A stretch of DNA of 62,665 bases, the filler included, from Chrysochromulina tobinii (lineage: Eukaryota), in the NCBI GenBank assembly GCA_001275005.1. It is 7 parts of 7 records of this genome, joined end to end, with 100 filler letters (N's around TTAATTAATTAA, not from the genome) between each part and the next. Parts side by side here need not be neighbours in the genome. Positions count along the whole stretch, not along the records: positions 1 to 9,671 come from JWZX01001092.1; positions 9,772 to 18,920 come from JWZX01001093.1; 5 more parts are not named here. One strand, given 5' to 3'. Below are positions 1-10,064 of the stretch, in pieces. How positions within the stretch are numbered: the stretch's first letter is position 1; every line of letters begins with the position of its first letter. A model generated the notes under the pieces. The model did not search any database. It worked only from the letters and a program-made list of their open reading frames with translations, and had not been told where the DNA came from. The position numbers and the translations under genes are program-made.

Positions 1-462
1 GGGCGTAGAGAGAGCACCGCAATGTGTGGGGTCCCCTGTCCTTTGCCTGACTGTGTGGGCGCTGTGGAGGTCACTCAGGTGTGCGCGGAGCGAGCGAGCG
101 CGGGGTAGAAATGTGAGGCAGGACGTGTGAATTCTGAGAGCCCTGCCGTGTGATTTGCGCCTGCCAATATAGACTAGAGCGAAGGTCTCGAAAGTGGGAA
201 AGTGATCCTCAACAGTAAAATATTTCAAGTCGATCCCACTTGACTCTTGAGACTCGGCCACTTGAAGATCTGAGGTCAGGTCGGACCGCTGAGAACATGA
301 CGCTTATTTTGCACAGGAGGTGTTTCGAGACTCCATGAAGTTAAAACGTGTGGGCGGCGGAGCGGAGAGCTTCGGCGGGATTAAGGTATGAAGGTCTTAA
401 AGGTCTAGCTCAGAACACACATCTTTCGCCCTCATGCACTACGTCCGCGCGGCCGATGCGAG

Positions 463-3400
463 ATGAGCAAAGTGAACGGTACCGATGTAGGACAAATTAG
501 TCAGATGAAGAAGCAGGCGCTCACAGCTCAAATGGCGAAGCTGGAGGAAGATTTACAAGCCGTCAGTCTCACGAAAGGTGAGATCGAGGCCGTGCAGCGG
601 CCAAGCCCCGCTCTCGTGAACGGAAAGAGCTCGGCGGCCTTGAAGAAGAAGAAGAGCCAATCCAAAGACCTCGGCGATGGGACGGTGCCGGCGGTGCCTC
701 CGCCGCCGCCGCGACCCAAAACGTATAGGCAAGGGCTGCGTTGCATTTGCGGCGAGCAGAAGCATCGGGGCGTCATCCAATACGTAGGCTCGATCGCCAG
801 CTTGGGTCCGGGCGTGTGGGTGGGAGTGCAGCTCGACGAGCCTGTCGGCAACAGCAACGGCCACTTGAACGGCCGCCATCTTTTCGACTGCCCGGCCAAG
901 TTTGGCGGCTTCTTTCCTCACGCGGATGTCCAGCTAGAGGAGCTAGCGACGAACCGACTAGCGGCCCTGGCGGCCCCGGCGGCCCCGACGGCCCCGGCGG
1001 CCCCGGCGGCCAAGTCGGCTCCACCGCCAGCTGTTCGTGGCGCTTCATTGAGCTCGACGATGAGCTCGACGATGAGCTCGACGCACTCGGATGGCAGCCC
1101 TGGAGGCCACGCGGGCAGTCCCGCCGAGGAGTCCATCCAGTCGTCGCCGGCGCACTGCGTGGCGGCCGGGCGCGGCCTGCAAACGGCAGTGATCCAGCAG
1201 CTGAGCCAGTTCGTCATCACCGCGTACGACGAGTTCGGCCACCACTGCCAGCGAGGCGGCGAGCCCTTCGCAATCTTCGTGCATGGCGTGAAACCGCCTT
1301 GCAAGCTGCGCTCCAAGCTGGTCGATCACGGTGACGGCCATTATACAGGCGAGTATAAGGCGGAGGTGAGCGGTGAGCTCGAGGTGGCGGTTACGCTCCG
1401 AGGCGTCCCGATCGCCGGTAGCCCGTTCACCGTGCAGGTCGTCACGTTGCAACCGCATGCAGCTCGATGCGTCCTGCGCGGTGATGCACTGCATGAGATA
1501 GTGGCCCGTCAGCCCTTCTCATTTGATCTCGACTTTGTGGACGCACTCGGCCATCCGGCGGTCGCTGAGGAGCTCGATCTACGCGTGGAGCCATTGGTGC
1601 CGCTCCAAGTCACCGCCTCGGACGCCGAAGAAGCCGCCCGCATGCCGTGCTCGGACGATGAGCTTGCGGCGGCCGCGGCAGCCTTCGAGCAGCGCATGAA
1701 TGCCCAGGGCTCGCTGCAGCTGTGCCTGCGCAGGGCGATGGGGCTCGTCGGGGTGGATATGAATGGCAAAAGCGACCCGTACGCGGTGATCGAACTGGTG
1801 AATCCACACGAGATCGTGAAAAGCAAGCCGAAGACGAAATTCACGAGCACGATCAAGGCCAAGACACTCAACCCCGTGTGGAATGAGACCTTCGAGCTCA
1901 ATGGCACGCTCACCGAACTCGTCGGCCGCGAACTGCTTATCAGGGTCTTTGACTGCGACAATCCCACCAGGCCGGAGAAGGACGACGTGCTCGGCGAGAC
2001 GTCGATCTCCCTCGACTTTTTGCGCTCGATCAACTCGCGCGAATTCACGAGTGATCTCACAATGAAGGGCAAGGTGGTGCTCGAGGTGATCTGGATGTCG
2101 CCCGAGATTGAAATCTCGGTGGACGCCAAGTTCGTGCGGGGGGATGATCGGGTGATCATTGGCAACAACAACCTGATCCTGCGCCAGGGCTTCTCTAAGA
2201 CCTCGACTGAGCTCCTCGCTGTGCCGCCTGAGACGTGGGTCCAGCTGCACGAGGTGCGAGAGTCGGAGGATGGATGGAGGGCGCACGTGCGTATCGTCTC
2301 GCTGCCGAGCGACGCGCCCAAGGCTCTGCAGGAGGCGGCGCGTGGCAAGGAGGGATGGCTGACAGCCGCGCACAAAGATGGTCGCAAGCGGCTGGCGCGG
2401 CGCCACTTGAAGCTCGAGAACGTGGTCCGACAACGCCAGATTACGCTCTGGGCGAATCGGATGGCCGCGGAGCACCGGAGAAGCGCCACTGCTACCGCCG
2501 CCGCCGCCGCCGCTGGCGGCGCAGTCAAAGACGCCAAGCAGGACAGTAGATCTGGCGAGAGCTTCGTGCACGAGCTAAAAGATTGCCCGCGGGGCATCGG
2601 CCTTGCGTACGGGGGCCTCTACCCCGGCATGCTCCAAACACACGGGGAATTGGTACGCACCCACCAGGTCTCGTACTCTGTTGGAAAGGCTGGCAAGTAC
2701 CTGCTGCACGTGGGCCTGCGCGGGCAGAGCGCTATCCTGCCCGGTTCACCCTTCATGCTCGAAGTCGTGCCAGGGCCTGCGCACGCGCCCTCGACGTCCA
2801 TCCCGGCCGATGAGCTTCCCCTCAGGACTGTAGTTGGGACCACCGGCCGGCTGGTGCTGGTCGTCAACGACAACATGGGCAACCCATGCAACACGAGATC
2901 CGTTGAGAAGCACGCAATCTCAATGGAGGTGCGCGTGAGCTCGACGGAGGTGAAGGCGACCTGCGATGATCGGCAGGATGGTACAATGGTCGTCACGTGG
3001 ACAGGCGAGAAGGCGGGCTCCTACTTGATGGACATCCTCATCGACGGCGAACACGTCGTAGGCTCTCCCGCCACCATTGAAATGTGTCCCGCCGAGATCG
3101 AGGTAGGCCGTTGCGAAGTGGTGGCACCGCGTGAAGCGGTGTGTGGACAGCCTCTGAAGCTCGAGCTTCACCTGCGTGACCCTTACGGGAACCACGTGCT
3201 CACGGATGAGTTCATTCAAGATGAGACTAGCGGCCGAGTCTGTGGCATCGTGCTGCTCCCTTCTGTTCCAAAAGCCGACGGGAAGAAGGCCGTCAACAAA
3301 GCCTCCAAGGCTGAGATCGAGGAGCGCCTCACGTTGACGCCGTCGGTGGCGTTCAAGGGCGAGTGGCGCGCCTCGACGTTTCACATGAGCTATGTGCCCA

Positions 3401-5251
3401 CCGAAGCAGGCGAGTGCGAGATGCACGTATGGATGGATCTCGACAGGTCGGGGCAGCGCACCTATCTGCCTGGAAGTCCCTTCCCCATTAGGGTGCAAAC
3501 TGGCCGGCCGAGTGCTAGCGGCTCGGTGGTGGCCGACGTCAACCTCGTCAGCCTCGGAGAACGTCTCGTCTTCCCTGCGGGAGATAGGCTGCAGATCAAG
3601 GTGCAGCTCCGCGACGAGTTTGGCAACCCCGTGGGCCTCGAGGGCTTGAATGCGGGCACGCTCGAGGGGCCGTTGCGCGCGACACTGCAGAATCAGAATG
3701 GCAAGCAGCCGCTCACGCTCAAGCAAGCCGGCTCCACAAAAGACATGGCACTAGGCTTAGGCGACGCTTCAACACAGGGCGAGAAAAAGGGCGAGAGCAA
3801 GAAGAAGGGGGACACGAAGACCGAAGTGCGCATCGGCGTGTACGAGTTGGTCTCGCAGAGCGAGCTTCTAGTCAAAGGCACACACGTGGCGCACATCCTG
3901 CTCAACGGGTCACCCATCGGCGGCTCTCCTATCGAGTTTACGGTGACGCACAGCAACGCGGTGGCTCAGAAGAGCTTTCTCGAGTGCAGCACGAAGGCGC
4001 CCACGATCAACTGGCCGTGCGAGGTTCTCTTGCATCTGGTCGACCGATATGGCAACGCATGCGAGCGCGGAGACGTGCGCGTCGAGGCGAAGGTCTTCGG
4101 TTCGAAGGCGAGCGACGTTGAGACGACTAACCGAGGAGATGGCATCTACACGCTCACGTTCACGACGTACGTACCGGGCGACTATAAAGTCTCAGTAAGA
4201 CTCGAGAATGTGGAGATGGCTGCCCTGAACATCAAGATGAACTCTGATGGCGGCAGCACGCCCCCGCGTACATCTTTGGAAGAAAATGTTAAGGGGAAGA
4301 ATGTGTCGCCTTCTTCGGCAGCCGAGCCTGCGCCGAAGGAGGCGACGCAGCCAAAGCTGCCCCCTCAAAAAAGCGCCTCTGCTGCCGCCGCCGCCGCCGG
4401 CTGCACCGCTGCCATCTTTGCCGCCGCAGCCTTCATTGCTTGCGCCGCCCGCGCTGCCGCCCTCACGGCCACCGCCACTCGCGACCGAGGCGGCCGAGGC
4501 TCCAACAACTCCTTCCAAGGCCAAGGGCGGCGGCGGCAAGAAGGGTGGCGTGGGCGCCAAGAAGGGTGGAAAGGCTAAGGCTGAGGGCGTCGACGCTGAG
4601 CGTGCGGCTGTCGCGAAAACGCCCAAAGGCAGCGCCAAAAAGGATGACGCAGAGCGTGCGGCTGTCGCGAAAACGCCTAAAAGCAGCGCCAAAAAGGATG
4701 ACGCTGAGCGTGCGGCTGTCGCGAAAACGCCCAAAGGCAGCGCCAAAAGGGATGACGCTGAGCGTGCGGCTGTCGCGAAAACGCCCAAAGGCAGCGCCAA
4801 AAAGGATAAGGGTGACCCATCAGCCAAGCCCGAGCCGGCCAGTGCCGCCGCCGCTGGCGCTGCCGGCAAGTCCAAGTCCGCCACCGCTCACAAGGTCAAA
4901 AAGGAGAAGAACGGTGCGCAGTTCACACAAGAGCTGAGCCAGAACTATCCTGGCCAAGAACCACTGGGCTTGGGCGCCATCATGAGCGCTGGCGGCGGCA
5001 CGAGCGGCGGTGGCACTGCTGCCGCAGATAGTGCTGCGAGCGAGCCGCCGGCCATCCCGCCAACAGCGGCCGATCAGAGTTTTGCGGCGGCGCTCGCGGC
5101 CGAGTACGTGCGTCAGCGGGAGTATCTCGAGAAGACCTCGGAGCTTGCTGCGCTGCGGGAGCGTCTTGCGATGGTTGAGGCATCGGAGCAGCTAAAGACG
5201 GACCGAGCAACCGCTGACTTGCGAGCCAAGGTGCTCGCAAGAGGCTTTTGA
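463..5251 (+). CDS. Large cytoskeletal protein: CAP-Gly domain, filamin/ABP280 Ig-like repeats, C2 domain, Lys/Ala-rich repeat tail (frameshift near 4360-4372)
   Basis: CAP-Gly motif RGVIQYVG..LGPGVWVGVQLDEPVGNSNG..FDCPAKFGGF; filamin repeats (FVITAYDEFG..GGEPF, DHGDGHYT, IAGSPF, VVGSP, LPGSPF, IGGSP); C2 motif DMNGKSDPY..KTLNPVWNETF..RVFDCD..DDVLG. Removing one base from the C5/A6 run at 4360-4372 joins ORF 463-4578 to ORF 4247-5251 (PKLPLKKAPLLPPPP). Confidence 0.85.
4592..4807 (+). repeat. 4 x 54-bp coding tandem repeat (DAERAAVAKTPKGSAKKD)
   Basis: Units start at 4592, 4646, 4700 and 4754 and are nearly identical. Confidence 0.95.
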
Positions 5252-5589
5252 CGTGACGAGCTCTCAAGCCATTTGGAGGAGCATTTTGCACAGCGCTACA
5301 ATCAGGGTCAGTCGTCATTGGCTCTCCGCACGCTTTTCAGTCCCCCGCCCTCCCCCGGAGGCGTTCTAGAACTTAAGAAATCAGACGTCATGAATTCGAA
5401 ATGTTTGTATGATGTATATAATTGGTCTCATAAAGCCATTCAGCTCTCTATGTCTCTATAGTGAACTGTCGCTTGTACTCATTTCAGTCGAGTAATGCCG
5501 CGCCTTGCCCTTGCCGGCGGGGCGGGATGGGGATGCAGTCGCGCCCGCGCTCTTAACCGCGCTCATCCTGGTGAATCGACGGCTCAGAG

Positions 5590-6184
5590 TCAGCGCCACG
5601 CATTGTCTTGTGACTTGTTCACCTTGCCGCCGGTTTTCGGCTCGTCGGCACTGCCCTTCGCTCTCAGGGCCCCACATTGGGCATCTCCGACCCACCTATC
5701 TCGCACGAGCCGCGTGTGCTCGCCGGCGTTTTGTTGGTCTTTGCTTTCCTGTTTGCGTATCATGTCGCGCCGGAAATATTGTGCCTTGTGCAGCACATAC
5801 ACCCGGAGGATGAACAGCGCAAAGTATGGCAACACGAAGTACAAGATCATGAGCAACTTGTAGGCGACCGTGTCTGGCAGTCCCGTTACCACGGAGATGG
5901 TGATGCTTAGCTGCCAAAGTGTCAAGATCGAGACCAGCACGATCGCGAGAGCGAAGCCGAAGAGGCTCCAACCCCCCGCCGATGCTCTCAGAGCATACTG
6001 AGAGCGAGAGGAGGAGCATGATGATCAGATCTAGCGCGAAGATCGACATATCGAAATAGTTGTACGCGTCGCCTTCGTTGTATTCGCGCATGTTGGATGC
6101 ATTAATGTTGAAGGGCAGCCATGACCGTACGTCGCGTCGGCCGCGATCAGGAATCACGACGAGGGATTCTGTAGCGGTGTGCAA
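5590..6184 (-). CDS. Small hypothetical multi-pass membrane protein (frameshift at homopolymer 5972-5977; start uncertain)
   Basis: Two overlapping minus ORFs with hydrophobic helices (FALDLIIMLLLSLS; WSLFGFALAIVLVSILTLWQL; LLMILYFVLPYFALFILRVYV) join if one base is removed from the C6 run. Confidence 0.5.
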
Positions 6185-6462
6185 CCTCTACCATGGTACA
6201 TGTATTGTCTGAAAGAAGAACCGGAGAGCTCGATGTTGTCCGATTCGTGCAAAAAAGTCAAGAGCTTCCTCGATTTGGCAGGGGGATTGGGGGAAATTGC
6301 TTGAGAACGATGCCCCTTGGAGCCCAGTTGTTTTGTTTGTGCCGAAACCTCCTTTACCGGACTCTCCCGGCTCCCCCCGGTGTCTTTTTACCGGACTCTC
6401 CACTGCGCGCGCTGGCTGTGAGCTCGGACAGACCTCCGCGGGCCGTCAAGGCTTTTGACATC

Positions 6463-7344
6463 ATGTCTCTCTGTTTCGGCCTCGTCGTGCTCGTCAGCGG
6501 GGCGAGCGCCTTCAACGCGCCCATCTCAGCACGGCGGCCCACGCTGCACTCGTCGGTACCACCGCTGCTCGCACTCGTGGCCGATGAGCCGCCCTCTGAG
6601 ACGCCAGAGGCGCAGCGCCGAAGCCCCGTGCCCGCCTTGGCCACCGTCGCGCTCGCGGCGGCCGCCGTCTTCCTGCACCCGAGCAGCGCGCACGCGGTCA
6701 GCTCGGTCAGTCTAGGCGAGTCATTTGCGCAGGCCACCTCGCTCATCTTCGTCTCCGAGCTCGGCGACAAGACGTTCTTTATTGCCGCACTGCTCGCGGC
6801 ACGCGCCTCCAAGCTGCTCACGTTCGCCGGTTGCGCTGGCGCGCTCGCATTCATGACGGTAATCTCGGTGGCCATCGGCCAGGTCTTTCACGCCGTGCCA
6901 CCCTCGCTCACGCGCGGCCTGCCGCTCGACGACTACGTGGCCATCGCCTCCTTCCTCTTTTTTGGCGTCAAGTCGCTCGTCGACGCGCTAGGCGTCCAGG
7001 AGGACGGCGCGGGCATCGCCGAGGAGCGCGAGGATGCCGAGAAGTTGCTCGACGAGTCGGGCACTTTCAAAAAGGGCGGCTGGCCGCTCGTCCTCGAGGC
7101 GAGCACCCTCACGCTCGCGGCAGAGATTGGCGACCGATCGCAGATCGCCACGATCGCGCTCGGCGCCGCGGCTAACCCGTTCGGCGTCGCCCTTGGCGGC
7201 ACCTTTGGCCACTGCCTCGCCACCGGGCTTGCCGTCATCGGCGGTTCGTTCATATCGAAGTACTTTTCGGAGCGCGTCATCGGCATTGTCGGCGGCGTCC
7301 TCTTCATCTTCTTCGCCCTTACCACTTTCATCGGGCTCTTCTGA
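6463..7344 (+). CDS. GDT1: GDT1/TMEM165 (UPF0016) Mn2+/Ca2+ transporter, probably plastid-targeted (PAM71/CMT1-like)
   Basis: Two E-x-G-D-[KR]-[TS] motifs (SELGDKT, AEIGDRS) and hydrophobic helices; N-terminal signal peptide ending SGASAF followed by a transit-like peptide. Confidence 0.92.
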   Translation: MSLCFGLVVLVSGASAFNAPISARRPTLHSSVPPLLALVADEPPSETPEAQRRSPVPALATVALAAAAVFLHPSSAHAVSSVSLGESFAQATSLIFVSELGDKTFFIAALLAARASKLLTFAGCAGALAFMTVISVAIGQVFHAVPPSLTRGLPLDDYVAIASFLFFGVKSLVDALGVQEDGAGIAEEREDAEKLLDESGTFKKGGWPLVLEASTLTLAAEIGDRSQIATIALGAAANPFGVALGGTFGHCLATGLAVIGGSFISKYFSERVIGIVGGVLFIFFALTTFIGLF

Positions 7345-7779
7345 TGCGGTGGCCCGCACAGGGCCCCTGGGCGCACGTGAGAGCGGCGTAGCACGTGCGC
7401 TGACGCCGGTGTACGCACGCTTGCTCGTGTTGACTGTACCCTCGAACAAATGTCTTGACAACTGACGATAGAAAAGTTTTTCTTTGTCTCACCGGACCGC
7501 ACCTAACGCTAACCGGGCGGGCGACCATGCATCGGGCGGCATTGAACTCCCCCTTGGCAGAGGGCGGTACTGACGATAAAGCCGATGAGACTTGTACACA
7601 TGCTTGCTCGTGTTGACTCTTGACTGTATCCTCGAGAAAATCTACAAATGTGTTACTTACGCATAGGCGCTGTCGCGGTCGCCTCATCCGTGTCGGCCAC
7701 ACCTCCGTCCATAGTGATAGTGGCTCTCGTGCTTGGGGGTCCGGAGCGTGTGCGCGTTGTGTTGAACAGCAGCAGCAGG

Positions 7780-8240
7780 ATGAGGATCGAGCCCCGACGT
7801 ACAACTTCATTCTCGAGCACGACCCGCCCAAGGGTGATCCGTTTGACCGCGCCTCGGTGATCTACAGTTCTCTTACGCGCGATGACCTTCGCCTCTTTGA
7901 GGGCCTACTCGTCTCTGATGCTACGAATCACCAGCTCGGACGGAAGCGGCGCGGCGTCTGGCTGCTGCTCTCGGCGGGCGTCGTCGTACGGTCGCAGGCC
8001 TGCCGCAACGATGGCTCGGACTTTATGACCTTCGACGAGGCGTCCACGGTCGTACCGGCGTTTGCACGGCGCATCGGCCCCGCATTGCTCGCCTCGAGGA
8101 AGGCGTGGGACCAGCTCCTTGCCGATCTGCGCGAGCTCGACGTGGAGCCGGTGGCGCGCGAGGCTGTCATCGATGCGCAGCAGATCTGGCGAGGCACAGG
8201 CGCACTGCTGCCTGGCGCTCACGACGGCGACGCCTCCACC
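7780..8240 (+). pseudogene. Protein-like segment, possibly the inverted post-RT part of the same retroelement
   Basis: Plus-strand ORF 7620-8390 reads as globular protein from ~7780 (LLSAGVVVRSQACRNDGSDFMTFDEA..AWDQLLADL) and abuts the minus-strand RT remnant. Confidence 0.4.
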
Positions 8241-9671
8241 GGCTCTAGAGACGACCTGGAGAGGGTGGCATCGCCGCTGGCAAGAAGCTCCTCCAGATGT
8301 ACCCATGACCACTCGGCAGGGTGGGCGCCGAGGCTGCCCCATAGAAAGCACGTGAGCGAAAGCAGCGAGCGCGCGCAAAAGCGCAGCTGACTGTCGATGC
8401 CGTCGGAGAGGGCGGCGGAGATGGCGGCGTGGACGCTGGCGGCAGTGAGGGAGGCGCAGTGGAACAGTGGTACCATCCATCTCCGACTCGACGGGCCTCG
8501 GTGAGTCCCTCGGTGAGGAGCCCGAATTTCGGGGCGGCGTGCCAGACGTCAGGAAGATAGCGGTCGACGCAGTGTCTCGACACAAGGCCGCGAAAGCGCC
8601 GGCCGTAGATAGCGCGTCGCGTCTTCTCGACCGTCTCCGCCTGTGCGTCGGACATCGGCCCAAACGGCGCATACGCCTCGATGACCGCAGACAGCCCGGC
8701 ATGGGTGACACGCTCGTACTCACGCGGGCTGCATCGCACCATCTGCTCCACGTGCTTGAGCCACGCCAGGCACAGCCCTACCTGTTTGCCCTGCGTTGGG
8801 CGCTGATCTCCATTGAGCTTGCGCCGATCGCCAACGTGCGTGTATACGGCGTCGTAGGCGAGCCGAGGGATGGGGCGTCCGCCGATGAACGCCGCCGCGA
8901 GAAACCACGGCGGGGCAGGAGCTTCGGAGGGCATGCCCGAGCCATCGAAGGTGACTGCGGCATACGTCGTCTTCGACGCGTCATCGGTGATGCCGAATTG
9001 ACTGGCTGAGACGGCGGCCCACTCGTCCAGGATCGAGATGACGACGGCAGCTGCAGTCCAGCTCGTCACGCACCCGAGAAAGTCGTCTGCGCACAAGATG
9101 CTCTGGTGCCGACGGCCGCCGCCGTGCGTGCCATTCCACATGCGCACGCCCCCATTGCTGACCATCGTGTCGATGGCCTCGACAAGGCTGGCCATAAAGA
9201 TCTTGGCCTTCTCGGTCGAGAGCATGCACCCCTGAAAGTACCCGCACTTTGAGCGCAGCCGTGTAAAGTCGAAGCCGCCCCCATGTCGGGGAGCACCGTC
9301 GGCGAGACCGTGCTCCGTCTCGTAGAGAAAGCACGCGTCGTCGTAGAGCGCAAGGGTCGCCTCGCGTACATCTCGAGGGAGTCCGCGCCACTGCTCGGAA
9401 ATGAGGACAAACCCTCGGTCCATCGACGGGAAAAAGCGCTGAATATCTCCGTAGACGACGACAAGAAGGTGCGACAGAAGATGCGCATGGTCGAGCACCA
9501 GCCCGCCGCAGATGGCCGCCCCGCGCGCCGATACGCCCGGCGTCCAGCCAAAGTTGCCCGGCAGCCGGTCCATAACCGCCGCGTACGCGGGCATGTACAG
9601 ACCCGCCTGCAGCTTAAGCAGCTGCGAAGTGAGGCCTATGTCGCGCTTCTTCGAGACCACAGGCGAGGGAA
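8219..9671 (-). mobile_element. Degenerate non-LTR (LINE-like) retrotransposon reverse transcriptase, cut by the contig end
   Basis: RT motifs RDIGL, YGDIQRFFPSM, GYFQGCMLS, ILCADDF (YxDD position), SKT and YTHVG; frameshift near 8460 and a stop at 8219. Confidence 0.85.
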
Positions 9672-9771
9672 NNNNNNNNNNNNNNNNNNNNNNNNNNNNN
9701 NNNNNNNNNNNNNNNTTAATTAATTAANNNNNNNNNNNNNNNNNNNNNNNNNNNNNNNNNNNNNNNNNNNN
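9672..9771. other. Artificial contig linker (N44-TTAATTAATTAA-N44)
   Basis: 100-nt spacer with stops in all six frames; the same spacer occurs six times. Confidence 0.99.
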
Positions 9772-10064
9772 CAACGCACGCGTGAGCGCGTGCACGTACT
9801 CCCCCACCCCTCATATCACATTGGGGCCGGGAGGTGGAGTGAGCGTGGGGGGACCGCGAAGAAACTGAACTGAACTGAAGCAAAGAATAGTTGGCATAGT
9901 TTCCCATTTTGGGCCTATAGAGTACCTGTTCGTGCCCTGTGCCGTAAACCCCGTGCTTGGAGGGCCGGAGAGCGTGCACGCGGCAGCAGCAGCAGCGCCG
10001 AGCGACGGCGCAGACGCGCCACGGCCGTCGTAATCCTCGCGTGCGCTGTTCGTGCACGCGTTCG

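Noticed and set aside
4360..4372. Programmed ribosomal frameshift in the CAP-Gly/filamin gene
   Set aside because: Similar single-base breaks sit at homopolymers in unrelated genes (5972-5977, 14100-14104, ~43490); sequencing indels are the simpler explanation.
8219..9671. Retron, DGR or group II intron RT system
   Set aside because: The motifs fit a non-LTR retrotransposon in a eukaryotic context; no ncRNA or TR/VR pair is visible, and the nearby propeller repeats are on another contig and do not vary only at adenines.
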